A stretch of DNA of 42,813 bases from a bacterium (GCA_049472355.1 JBLIRP010000025.1:1-42813); one strand, 5' to 3'; positions 8,841 through 17,932 are shown, numbered from the stretch's first letter. The notes: generated by a model not told the origin, from the letters alone. Translations and numbers: made by a program.

Positions 8841-8998
8841 TGATTGCCTCCTTATACACAAAAGGCCTCAGGGTACACCACACTAATCATCACAGAGATT
8901 GACGGCCGATATCATACAATGTCGTACCTTTAATTGTACATTTAAGGGATCTCTATTGTATCGAAAAAAGGGCCTTCAAACAATAGAGAGGGCCTTAT

Positions 8999-9172
8999 GT
9001 GGACGAAATGATGTGAATGTGACAAGAATGGTTGATCCATACTGGTTTAAGTAAACGAAAAGAGGATGTCGGGACAAGAAAGGTTCATCGGGAGATAGTC
9101 ATAGTAAACGAAATGAGGATGGTCGGGACGGATGAGGTTGATCCGAGCCGGCTTTAGTGAACGAAAAGAGGT
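8999..9172. repeat. Degenerate ~53-bp tandem repeat (3.3 units) abutting the tRNA 3' end
   Basis: GTRRACGAAAWGA cores at 8999, 9051, 9104 and 9157, with shared GAC.(A)GA..GGTT(G/C)ATC further into the full units. Confidence 0.75.
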
Positions 9173-9175
9173 AGT

Positions 9176-9261
9176 TGGTGCCGAAGAGGGGACTCGAACC
9201 CCTACGGGAATTTCCCACTGCCCCCTCAAGACAGCGTGTCTGCCAGTTCCACCACTTCGGC
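9176..9261 (-). tRNA. tRNA-Leu(GAG)
   Basis: GCCGAAG/CTTCGGC acceptor stem, anticodon arm CTGTC-TT-GAG-GG-GGCAG, long variable arm, GGTTCGAGTCC T-loop, encoded CCA. Confidence 0.97.
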
Positions 9262-9489
9262 ACGTGCCTGTATTTTTCCACGGTTATATGTGATCATGAG
9301 GATCATGAAGATCACTTTCTTAAAAGAGCGATATACATCGTTTTTATAGCATGTTTGGCGGATTTAATCAACACTCGCCCGGCACGAAGCACTCGGATAC
9401 GGTCCATATCCACTGGAGAGCCGGACTCATCATTGGAAGGAAATAGATCGCCATGATTCGTCGGCATCCGAGGAACGCGCGAGCCGGGC

Positions 9490-10845
9490 TCAATGGCTCG
9501 GGATCTTGAGTTTCTGCCCCACCATCAACAGCGAGGAGGAATGAAGCCCGTTGAGATTCCGAATGATATCCAGGGAGATGCCGTACAACGAGGAAATACG
9601 CCAGAGCGTCTCCCCCTGTTTGACAACATGAATCTCATAGTCATCTCCGGAAGCCGAAGCACCTGCAATCATCCGGTAGTGTTTTTCCTTCGGGGGGCAT
9701 TCCCCGAGAAATTCCAGCGCACCTTGACAGATCCTCTGGGCCATTTCCTTCTGATATCGTTTCGAGCTGAGCATTTTTATATCAGCGTGATTGCTCAAAT
9801 ATGCCAATTCCACGAGCACCGAGGGGATCGAGGGAGACTTGAGCACCCCGAAATTTGCGCATTTCAGCCCCTCCCTTTCCAGCCCTTTGATGCCGCCGAG
9901 TTCCCTCAAGACCTTCTCGCCGAGATCAATGCTCTCATTGATGGTGCGGGTCTGGGCCAGATCAATGAGGATGCTGTCCAAGAGGGAATCCTTCCCCAGC
10001 GGTATACCGCCGATGAGGTCCGAGGCATTTTCCTTGTCGGCCAGAAGCGCGGACGCCTCATCCGTTGCACCGTCACGAGAGAGGTAGTACACGGAGGTCC
10101 CGCGGGTGGTGGGCTTTAGATTCGCATTTGCATGAAGGCTTATGAAGAGGTCCGCCTGAAATTTATGGGCGATCTCAATCCGTTCGCGAAGGGAGAGGAA
10201 GTAGTCCCCGTCCCTGGTCAGGTACGCCTTTATCCCGGGTTGCTTATTGAGATGATCCCTCAGTATCTTTCCCACGGCAAGGACGATATCCTTCTCCCTA
10301 TACCCCTCCTTGCTCAAGGCGCCGGGATCTTCTCCGCCATGCCCGGGATCGATGGCCACAATCCAGTTCGCCTTTTTAAGATCCTCGATTTCCCTCTTGG
10401 TCTCCTTCTCTTGTTGAGCATCCACGGGGTGCTTGATATCGACGACAATCCGGTCTGGCTTCATCTCATATTTCTGGAGATAAAAAATATGGTATGAAAG
10501 CGCAATCGAGGTGGTGATTTCAGCAACAAGGGAATTGAGGGGGGACTGCGACAATCTCACCGATTCTATAAGCGATGAGTCGATATCATAGCGATCCTGG
10601 CTGGTGGTGTTGGTACAATTCCTCAGCTCAAGTGATATGTTCCGGGAATCCTTATTGTGCAGTTCCTGAAAAAGCACGGGACGGTCAAGGTCAAAGACAA
10701 TCCTGGTATAACCGGGGGCGGTCCACGAACGGACCGCCATCAACGAGGAGGCCTCCGATCCCGGAACCCGAACGACAATAATGATCGCAATGCCGAGGAA
10801 CAGCCCCAGCCACTTTCTCTGATCCATCTTCATCCATCCAACCAT
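9490..10845 (-). CDS. N-acetylmuramoyl-L-alanine amidase (AMIN + Amidase_3 + LysM); exact start uncertain
   Basis: TRIVFDL (AMIN); IDPGHGGEDPGA, LFISLHAN, PSVLVELAYLSN (Amidase_3); HVVKQGETLWRIS..LMVGQKLKIP (LysM). Confidence 0.92.
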   Translation of the reverse strand: MVGWMKMDQRKWLGLFLGIAIIIVVRVPGSEASSLMAVRSWTAPGYTRIVFDLDRPVLFQELHNKDSRNISLELRNCTNTTSQDRYDIDSSLIESVRLSQSPLNSLVAEITTSIALSYHIFYLQKYEMKPDRIVVDIKHPVDAQQEKETKREIEDLKKANWIVAIDPGHGGEDPGALSKEGYREKDIVLAVGKILRDHLNKQPGIKAYLTRDGDYFLSLRERIEIAHKFQADLFISLHANANLKPTTRGTSVYYLSRDGATDEASALLADKENASDLIGGIPLGKDSLLDSILIDLAQTRTINESIDLGEKVLRELGGIKGLEREGLKCANFGVLKSPSIPSVLVELAYLSNHADIKMLSSKRYQKEMAQRICQGALEFLGECPPKEKHYRMIAGASASGDDYEIHVVKQGETLWRISSLYGISLDIIRNLNGLHSSSLLMVGQKLKIPSH

Positions 10846-11005
10846 AGCTTACATTAACCCGCACAAAAATTCGAGGCGATGATTATATATTTTTATATAA
10901 TACATCCTTGATGTAAAAGTCAACTGTTTGCAGCATGATTGTTTCTATTTCCTGCCGATGAAGCATCATCCCTATCCTTTATATCGGACAACGGACCGCT
11001 TATAG

Positions 11006-11034
11006 TTGACACGCATTGTGAGTGGTGATAGAAT
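11006..11034 (+). promoter_or_regulatory. sigma70 promoter
   Basis: TTGACA-N17-TAGAAT with extended -10 TG. Confidence 0.7.
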
Positions 11035-11091
11035 TTACGATAAACTGTAACTTTATGATTATATTATAATTATATTTTCATGGAGGGGGCT

Positions 11092-11736
11092 ATGAACAAA
11101 CAGGGGGAAGGGATTCAATTCGTTATGGTATGTTGCTTTATCCTGATTCTCGCCATGGCGGTCATGGGAAACACAACGCCTGCCTATTGCCAGGGGCCAT
11201 ACGGTCCCGGATTCGGTCCCGGCATGGGCGGCCCCGGCATGGGAGGAGGGCCCGGTATGGGCGGCCCCGGCATGGGTGCGTCCGGCATGGGTGCTCAAAG
11301 GGCTTGTTGCAGCATCCCGGGCTCCAGGGGCATGAACCTCCAGCGGGGGATTACACAGGAACCCGCCTATTGCAGGATGCTCCTCGATCGCACCGACCTC
11401 AATCTGACTCCCAAGCAGCGGGAGGACATACGGATGCTGCAAACCAGTTACATGAAGGATACCTTCGATCTGAGATCGGACCTCCAAATCAACAAGATTG
11501 AACTGAGAAAGCTTCGCTTCGCGGAAAAACCGGATTTCAATGCCATCAAGGCAAAACTGGAAAAGATTGCAAAGATGCAATTGGACCTCCAGGTCCGCCG
11601 CGCAAAACTGCAACTCGATGCGGACAAGATGCTCACCAAGGAGCAACGGGATGCGCTCTATCTTTTGCCATGTACGGGCCTGGATATAGACTGGGATGTC
11701 GCTGAGGAAGGGCCCGGGCGCGAGTCGGGTAAGTAG
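11092..11736 (+). CDS. Periplasmic Spy/CpxP/ZraP-like (LTXXQ) protein with a GPGM repeat region
   Basis: Signal peptide, GPGM(GG) repeats, LNLTPKQRE and LTKEQRD motifs; ATG follows GGAGGGGG. Confidence 0.8.
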   Translation: MNKQGEGIQFVMVCCFILILAMAVMGNTTPAYCQGPYGPGFGPGMGGPGMGGGPGMGGPGMGASGMGAQRACCSIPGSRGMNLQRGITQEPAYCRMLLDRTDLNLTPKQREDIRMLQTSYMKDTFDLRSDLQINKIELRKLRFAEKPDFNAIKAKLEKIAKMQLDLQVRRAKLQLDADKMLTKEQRDALYLLPCTGLDIDWDVAEEGPGRESGK

Positions 11737-11750
11737 AATGCCGTTACATC

Positions 11751-12920
11751 ATGAAGACCTTTGAGGAGATAAACGAGAAGATCAAGAAGGGCAAGGCGGT
11801 GGTGGTGACCGCCGAAGAGGTGATCCCCCTTGCCCGCACGAAGGGGATCAAGGCGGTGGCCGAAAAGGTGGATGTGGTCACCAGCGCCACCTTCGGGCCC
11901 ATGTGCTCTTCAGGGGTCTTTTTGAATTTCGGGCATGCGGATCCCCCGATCAAGATGAACCGGGTCCTGCTCAACGATGTTCCTGCCTATGCCGGGCTGG
12001 CGGCAGTCGATGCCTATCTGGGTGCGAGCTCCCTCTCCGAGAAGGAGGGGGCATTCTACGGAGGCGGTCATGTCATCGAGGACCTTGTTGCCAGGAGGAG
12101 GATACTGCTCAGGGCCGAAGGATACAAGACCGACTGCTATCCCCTCGAACGAATAGAGACCGTTATCACCCTTGATTCCATCAACCAGGCGGTGCTCTGC
12201 AACCCAAGGAATGCCTATCAAAATTACGGCGCCGCGACCAATTCCTCCTCGCGCACCCTTTATACCTATATGGGTCCCCTTCTGCCCCGGTTCGGTAATG
12301 TCTCCTATTCCACATCGAGCCAACTCAATCCGCTGATCAATGATCCTGAGTACCGCACAATCGGCCTGGGCAGCCGGATCTTCCTGGGCGGAGGTATCGG
12401 CCACATCATCGGTGAAGGCACGCAGCACAATCCTTCACAGATTCGGGACCAGAATCACATTCCCCTTGGCCCTGCGGCAACCCTTGCGGTCAAGGGTGAC
12501 CTCAAGCAGATGAGCCAGCGCTATCTGCGTGGCGCACGGATCAAGGGATACGGGGTGAGCCTTTTCGTGGGCATAGGTGTTCCCATCCCCATCCTGGACG
12601 AAGCAATGGCGGAGGCGGTTTCCATCGACGACGAACATATATTCACCACGATCTATGACTATGGGGTCCCCCGCAGGGAGAAACCATCGTATGGAAGGGT
12701 GCACTATGGACTGCTCAGGTCCGGCTTTGTGGAGTTGGACGGGAGACATGTACCCACAAATCCCCTATCCAGTTACGCGATGGCCCGCGAGATCGCCCAG
12801 ATCCTCAAGGAATGGATCAGCCGCGGGGAATTCTTCCTGGTCAAGCCGATCCAGCCGCTTCCCCGGAATGTCACCCTGATGCCAATGTCTCAGCACATTG
12901 CAGAGGATATCGATTCATGA
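11751..12920 (+). CDS. DUF39 homocysteine biosynthesis enzyme (aspartate-semialdehyde sulfurtransferase, MA1821/MJ0100 family), without CBS domains
   Basis: KTFEEINEKI..G.AVVVTAEE, VDVVTSATFGPMCSSG, AGLAAVDAYLGA, TDCYP, NPRNAYQNY. Confidence 0.9.
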   Translation: MKTFEEINEKIKKGKAVVVTAEEVIPLARTKGIKAVAEKVDVVTSATFGPMCSSGVFLNFGHADPPIKMNRVLLNDVPAYAGLAAVDAYLGASSLSEKEGAFYGGGHVIEDLVARRRILLRAEGYKTDCYPLERIETVITLDSINQAVLCNPRNAYQNYGAATNSSSRTLYTYMGPLLPRFGNVSYSTSSQLNPLINDPEYRTIGLGSRIFLGGGIGHIIGEGTQHNPSQIRDQNHIPLGPAATLAVKGDLKQMSQRYLRGARIKGYGVSLFVGIGVPIPILDEAMAEAVSIDDEHIFTTIYDYGVPRREKPSYGRVHYGLLRSGFVELDGRHVPTNPLSSYAMAREIAQILKEWISRGEFFLVKPIQPLPRNVTLMPMSQHIAEDIDS

Positions 12921-13327
12921 AGGTTTCCCGGAGGGTCATCCTTACATTTCCCGCCAGCCTTGCGGGAACGCCGGTCACCTACAAACTGGTCAAGGATTAC
13001 GATCTCATCATGAATATCCTGCGGGCCAAGGTGATTCCCAAGGATGAAGGCCGCCTTGTGCTGGAGCTCACCGGTGAGCAAAAGAACATCGAGGCGGGCC
13101 TGAATTTCATGAAGGAGCAAGGGGTGAAGGTCGAGGCCCTTGCCAAGGATATCCATCTGGACGAGGAGGCCTGTATCCATTGCGGCTTTTGCACGGCGGT
13201 ATGTTTTCAGGAGGCCCTTTCCATAAATCCGCAAAGCAACAAACTGGAGTTCAACCGCGAAAAGTGCGTCCTCTGTGAGCAATGCGTGGATATATGCCCC
13301 ATAGGGGTGATCCAGATAAAATTTTGA
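12917..13327 (+). CDS. NIL domain + 2[4Fe-4S] ferredoxin (MA1822-like partner of DUF39)
   Basis: ATGA overlap with DUF39; MNILRAKV (NIL); CIHCGFCTAVC and CVLCEQCVDICP. Confidence 0.9.
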   Translation: MKVSRRVILTFPASLAGTPVTYKLVKDYDLIMNILRAKVIPKDEGRLVLELTGEQKNIEAGLNFMKEQGVKVEALAKDIHLDEEACIHCGFCTAVCFQEALSINPQSNKLEFNREKCVLCEQCVDICPIGVIQIKF

Positions 13328-13351
13328 CAATCTCAAAAAATTCTTTAAAAT
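13324..13351 (+). promoter_or_regulatory. sigma70 promoter
   Basis: TTGACA-N16-TAAAAT. Confidence 0.55.
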
Positions 13352-13381
13352 ATAAATAAGTTGTGGGTGTAGTGAATACGC

Positions 13382-13556
13382 GGATAAGAGGGAATCGTCG
13401 CTTAATTACGTCCGGCTGGTCATGGTGTTAGTCCGTATTATTATGAAACGCACATGGATCTTCGATTCACAAAGAACCATGAAAATGCCGGATAGGGATT
13501 TTCAATTGAAAAGAGAGGGTTTCCCTTCGTGTGATCAACCATCTCTTTTATCCTTT
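13382..13556 (+). ncRNA. Candidate structured RNA (leader or sRNA) upstream of the sigma54 activator
   Basis: Closing stem GGATAAGAGGG/CTCTTTTATCC (11 bp including 2 GU). Inner stems TCCGGC/GCCGGA and CATGGT/ACCATG. No family recognised. Confidence 0.3.
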
Positions 13557-13732
13557 GACAATACTATGTAACAGTAACCGATTCCCCTTGTCCCCCTGAA
13601 TTTTTTTTACCCCTTGCGTCTCGATAGAAGCTGCGCCGCCTTTCACCCTGTTCATCCCCTGCTGCCTTTACCGGCACTGAACGGGAGTACGGTTCATGCA
13701 GGCGTGTAATCCTTCCGTCTAAGGGATATACC

Positions 13733-16700
13733 ATGAAGAAATCACTTAAGGATGGCGTGAACATCAAAATGATTTCCCGGCATGTGCTCGACACGCTGCC
13801 TCATGAGGGGTCCCCTGTTTCATTGACCCCTGAATTCCCGGCAGGCACCTGGTACTGGGATATTCCAAAGGATGCATTCTATTTCCCCGATGCCATTTAC
13901 AGCCTCCTGGGATGGAAACGGGACAAAATGGGAATAAACCTTGAGCGGTTCCTCCAGGCGATCCACCCTGAGGACCGGGCATCGGTCAAGGCCGCCATCG
14001 ACAAGGCATTGTACGAGAAGTATCCGCTGTCCATAGAACACCGTATCCTCCTCAAGGACGGCTCATCGCGCGCCGTCCATACCCAGGCACAGATAAGCAC
14101 CGACGAACAGGAAAGACCGGTCAACTTGGTGGGAACGATCCACGACGTCACCAAGATAGGCCAGGTGGAAAAGGAACTGGCATATCGCCTCGAATTCGAA
14201 GACACCCTTATCACCCTCTCCACCCAATTCATAAAACTCTCGGTGAGCGAAACCGACAGTGCAATCAACGATGCACTCCGGATAATCGGCACATTTGCCG
14301 GTTTCGACCGCAGCTACATCTTCCAATTTTCAGAGGATCTCGCCAGAATGGACAACACCCATGAGTGGTGCGCCGAGGGTATCGAAGGGTTTAAACACCG
14401 GATGCAGGGCCTGAAAACCGACCAGTTCCAGTGGTGGATGGAGCGAATGGCGCGGTTTGAAACCATCTGTATCCCTTCGGTGGAAGGCCTTCCCCCCGAG
14501 GCCGACGCCGAAAGAAGGGAATTCCAGCGGCAAGGGATTCAATCCCTCATCGGGGTCCCCATGGTCTCGGACAACACCCTTCTGGGGTTTGTCGGCTTCG
14601 ACGCAGTGCGCAAGAAAAGGGAGTGCCTTGATGACATCATCAACCTGCTCAAAATCGTGGGAGAAATCTTCATCAATGCATTGGAGCGCAAGAGGCAGCA
14701 CGAGGCGACCCTGAGCAGCGAAAGCAAGCTCAATGCCATGCTCAGTTCCATCGGCGACTGCATGTGCATGATGGATCGGGATTACACATTTACCTGGGCC
14801 AATGATGCAATGCTGCAGCAATTCGGCGAGGATATCGTCGGCAGAAGGTGTTATGAGATATTCCATCACCGGGAGGAGCCCTGCAAGCCCTGTGCGTGCG
14901 CAACCTCCCAGACGTTCAAGGACGGCAAGATTCATTTCGGAGAGCCGACGGCGACATCGAATGACGGGCACGTCCGCTACTACCATGTAACCTCCAATGT
15001 GGCACTGCGGGATGAAAAGGGCGAACCCGGCGCGGTTATCCTGGTCGGCAGGGACATCACGGCACAGAAGCAGGCGGAGACCGCATTGCTGGAGGCCAGG
15101 AGGGAGCTTGAACAGAGGGTCAAGCAGCGAACCGCCGATCTTATCGCCGCGAACAAACAACTGCAGGAGGAGGTATTCGTCCGCAAGCAGATCGAAAAGG
15201 CCCTCAGGGAGAGTGAGGAACGATTCAGGTCGCAGTACAAGGGCATGCCCCTTCCCACCTACACATGGCAGAAGGTGAAGGACTCCTTTGATTTCATGCT
15301 GATCGACTATAATGATGCCGCGTACGAAACAACGGAGGGGGGAATCATCCACTACCTGGGAGTCAAGGCAAGTCAGTTCTACCAGGACATGCCCTTCATT
15401 CTCGATGATATGCAGCGCTGCTATTCGCAACGCTCCTCGTTTCAGAAGGAGATGACCTATCGCTTCCGCTACAAAGAAAAAACGGGCCAATTTCTTGCCA
15501 GCTACGCCTTTGTGCCGCCGGACCTCGTCCTGGTCCACGCAGAGGATATAACGGATCGCAAACGCGCGGAGGAAGAGCTGCGGCTCAAGGACAAGGCGAT
15601 CGGCTCCTCCCTCAATGCATTTGCCATTGCCGACCTCGACGGGCATCACACCTATGTCAACAATGCCTTTCTCAGGCTCTGGGGCTACAAGGATGAGAGG
15701 GAGGTCCTGGGCAGGAAAACCATTGAGTTCCTGCACGACAAGAAAATGGAAGGAGAGGCGGCAAAGAGCCTGAGAAAGACCGGGAGTTGGTCTGGCGAGT
15801 TGGTTGCGGTGCGCAAGGACGGCTCCCTCTTCGATGTGTTCGTGTCCGCAAGTATCGTCACCGACGAAGCGGACAATCCCATATGCGTAATGGCCTCGTT
15901 TGCCGACATTACCGAACGGAAGCAGGCCGAGAAGCAACTTGCCGGAATGTGCGTCGAGCTGGAAAAAAGCCGGGACGACATGCTCTCGATCCTGAACATG
16001 CTCCGCATGGGAACGGCCATCACGGATCGGGAGGGACGCATCAAGTTTCTCAGCCAGACTGCCCAACGTATTGTGGGGACATCCCAGAAGGAGGCAAGCG
16101 GGAGGCATTGGGCGGAGCTCTTCCCTGTTCGTGAGGAGGAAAGGGCCCAACTGAGGCATCTGGCTGCCCAGCGTCCCGAGTCGCGCAAGAAGCTCCAGAT
16201 ACACTTCGAGACCCCTGAGGGAAAGCAGTACTGGATCGATATCGAGGTTCAGGACGAGCCCAGAAACCCGGACCGGAAGATCCTTCTTTTCTATGATATG
16301 TCCGAGATCTATGACCTGAGACGTATGCTGGACGAAAAGGTCAGGTTCCACGACCTTACCGGCAGAAGTGATCAAATGCGGATGATCTATCAACAGATCC
16401 AGGAGATATCCAGCGTGGACTGGACGGTATTGATCGAGGGGGAAACCGGCACCGGCAAGGAACTTGTCGCACGGGCGATCCACTATTCAAGCCCCCGCAA
16501 GGACAAACCATTCGTCCCGGTAAACTGCGCCGGACTGACCGATTCGCTCCTTACCAGCCAGTTGTTCGGACATAAGCGTGGGGCATTCACCGGAGCGATC
16601 GAGGACCACATTGGATTGTTCGAGGCGGCAAACGGCGGCACCATCTTTCTTGACGAGATCGGTGACATCTCACTCAATGTGCAGACCAATCTGCTTCGGG

Positions 16701-17275
16701 TGCTTGAAGCAAAGGAGATAACCAGGGTTGGGGAATCGAAATCCAAGAAGATCAATGTCCGTATCATTGCCGCAACGCATAAAAGCCTCACCGCAGAGGT
16801 CGAATCCGGTCGCTTCAGGCCCGATCTCTTCTACCGGATCCGGGTGGCGCGTATAAAGATCCCGCCCCTTCGTCAGCGCAAGGAGGATATCCCGCTGCTC
16901 GCAGAGACCTTTCTCGGACAATGCCGCGCCATAACAGGGAAATCCGTTCAAGAAATCGGCAACGAGGTCATGCGGATCTTCATGGAATATGACTGGCCGG
17001 GGAACGTCCGGGAATTGAAGAGTGCCATCGAATTCGCCGTGACCCATTGCAAGAGATCGATTATCGAACTGGAGGATATCCCTCCGGAGATACGAGAACC
17101 TGAGCATTCGCGCCCGCTCTTCAAGGAGATCAAGGAGAGCGAACGGGAGCGAATACTCCTGGCCCTCAGGGACACAAAGGGAAATCGAAAAAGGGCCGCG
17201 CAGTCACTTGGAATCAGCAGGGCCACCTTCTATCGACGGTTGACGATCCTTGATATAGATGTTTCAAAGGAATGA
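13733..17275 (+). CDS. sigma54-dependent enhancer-binding activator with multiple PAS and GAF input domains
   Basis: Several PAS/PAC repeats (DITD/E-RK ends), a GAF domain, Walker A GETGTGKE, LFGHKRGAFTGA, LDEIGD, WPGNVREL, Fis-type HTH (AAQSLGISRATFYRRL); no receiver domain. Confidence 0.95.
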   Translation: MKKSLKDGVNIKMISRHVLDTLPHEGSPVSLTPEFPAGTWYWDIPKDAFYFPDAIYSLLGWKRDKMGINLERFLQAIHPEDRASVKAAIDKALYEKYPLSIEHRILLKDGSSRAVHTQAQISTDEQERPVNLVGTIHDVTKIGQVEKELAYRLEFEDTLITLSTQFIKLSVSETDSAINDALRIIGTFAGFDRSYIFQFSEDLARMDNTHEWCAEGIEGFKHRMQGLKTDQFQWWMERMARFETICIPSVEGLPPEADAERREFQRQGIQSLIGVPMVSDNTLLGFVGFDAVRKKRECLDDIINLLKIVGEIFINALERKRQHEATLSSESKLNAMLSSIGDCMCMMDRDYTFTWANDAMLQQFGEDIVGRRCYEIFHHREEPCKPCACATSQTFKDGKIHFGEPTATSNDGHVRYYHVTSNVALRDEKGEPGAVILVGRDITAQKQAETALLEARRELEQRVKQRTADLIAANKQLQEEVFVRKQIEKALRESEERFRSQYKGMPLPTYTWQKVKDSFDFMLIDYNDAAYETTEGGIIHYLGVKASQFYQDMPFILDDMQRCYSQRSSFQKEMTYRFRYKEKTGQFLASYAFVPPDLVLVHAEDITDRKRAEEELRLKDKAIGSSLNAFAIADLDGHHTYVNNAFLRLWGYKDEREVLGRKTIEFLHDKKMEGEAAKSLRKTGSWSGELVAVRKDGSLFDVFVSASIVTDEADNPICVMASFADITERKQAEKQLAGMCVELEKSRDDMLSILNMLRMGTAITDREGRIKFLSQTAQRIVGTSQKEASGRHWAELFPVREEERAQLRHLAAQRPESRKKLQIHFETPEGKQYWIDIEVQDEPRNPDRKILLFYDMSEIYDLRRMLDEKVRFHDLTGRSDQMRMIYQQIQEISSVDWTVLIEGETGTGKELVARAIHYSSPRKDKPFVPVNCAGLTDSLLTSQLFGHKRGAFTGAIEDHIGLFEAANGGTIFLDEIGDISLNVQTNLLRVLEAKEITRVGESKSKKINVRIIAATHKSLTAEVESGRFRPDLFYRIRVARIKIPPLRQRKEDIPLLAETFLGQCRAITGKSVQEIGNEVMRIFMEYDWPGNVRELKSAIEFAVTHCKRSIIELEDIPPEIREPEHSRPLFKEIKESERERILLALRDTKGNRKRAAQSLGISRATFYRRLTILDIDVSKE

Positions 17276-17338
17276 ATAATGTCTCAATGGTGTCTCACGC
17301 GAGACACCATTGAGACATTATTGAGACAAATATGTCTC
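17275..17338. promoter_or_regulatory. Helically phased enhancer array containing a perfect 22-bp inverted repeat
   Basis: AATAATGTCTCAATGGTGTCTC-acgc-GAGACACCATTGAGACATTATT; six TGTCTC/GAGACA hexamers at 17280, 17291, 17301, 17312, 17323, 17333. Confidence 0.7.
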
Positions 17339-17408
17339 GTTTCGCGTAGAACATGTTTCCAATCTCTCTTACAATCCCGTCCCATGGCACCCTATTGGCC
17401 CATTTTTG

Positions 17409-17424
17409 TGGCATCAAATTTGCT
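17409..17424 (+). promoter_or_regulatory. sigma54 -24/-12 promoter
   Basis: TGGCAT-CAAAT-TTGCT. Confidence 0.75.
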
Positions 17425-17435
17425 ACTTAATAGAG

Positions 17436-17758
17436 CAGTTACTCTTTTAGCACCATCAAGGATCGATAAGCACAACACAGGCATTGAATTGAACTCTATA
17501 GGGGAAATCAAGACATTTAAAGATATTAAAATATACAGTCTCTTACACCCATAACTCCTTTTCTTCCCTCTTCCACATGCTACCGCAAGGTGGCAGGGTT
17601 TTATGTTTGGGTCAAGGGTTGTGGAAACCATTTGAGAAATGGCATAATTAATCGTAGCGAATTCGACAGCGGCACGTTAGACAGCGTTGTTTTTACACTT
17701 CTTCCTGTTTGATCTCTAATGGCGATATAAGCATCACGGTTTCCACAACCCTTTTTTA
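17436..17758 (+). ncRNA. Candidate sigma54-dependent sRNA
   Basis: No credible RBS plus ORF downstream of the promoter. CU-rich tract 17554-17574, GCAA-tetraloop hairpin 17578-17595, perfect 16-bp long-range stem 17614-17629/17738-17753 followed by a U run. Confidence 0.45.
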
Positions 17759-17767
17759 TTCCCTCGC

Positions 17768-17932
17768 ACCAAGCTTGCAAGGTGGAGCGAAGCGACGCCC
17801 TATGCTGCACTCTGCAATTTCCAAAACGGCTGCAAATCCATCTTTAAAAGGCTTGCCAGGCGGAGCAACCAAGCTTGCTTGGTGGAGCGAAGCGGAACAT
17901 TATCCTGCCCTCTGAAGTCACCAAAGGGCAGC
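17768..17932. repeat. Two degenerate REP-like direct repeats with a 100-bp period
   Basis: ACCAAGCTTGCWWGGTGGAGCGAAGCG......TATSCTGCMCTCTG at 17768 and 17868. Confidence 0.7.

Noticed and set aside
9176..9261. Integration site for a prophage or island
   Set aside because: No integrase and no duplicated tRNA 3' end seen in the window.
13382..13556. 6S RNA
   Set aside because: Size is similar, but I could not identify conserved 6S elements or the usual zapA/ygfA context.
14330..16483. 717-aa minus-strand ORF
   Set aside because: Antisense to the sigma54 activator; a GC-rich codon-bias artefact.
17526..17552. Minus-strand micro-ORF MGVRDCIF behind AAGGAG
   Set aside because: Only 8 codons, and the SD-ATG spacing of about 2 nt is too short.
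17614..17753. Retron msr-msd (a1/a2-like inverted repeat) or MITE
   Set aside because: No reverse transcriptase nearby and no target-site duplication.
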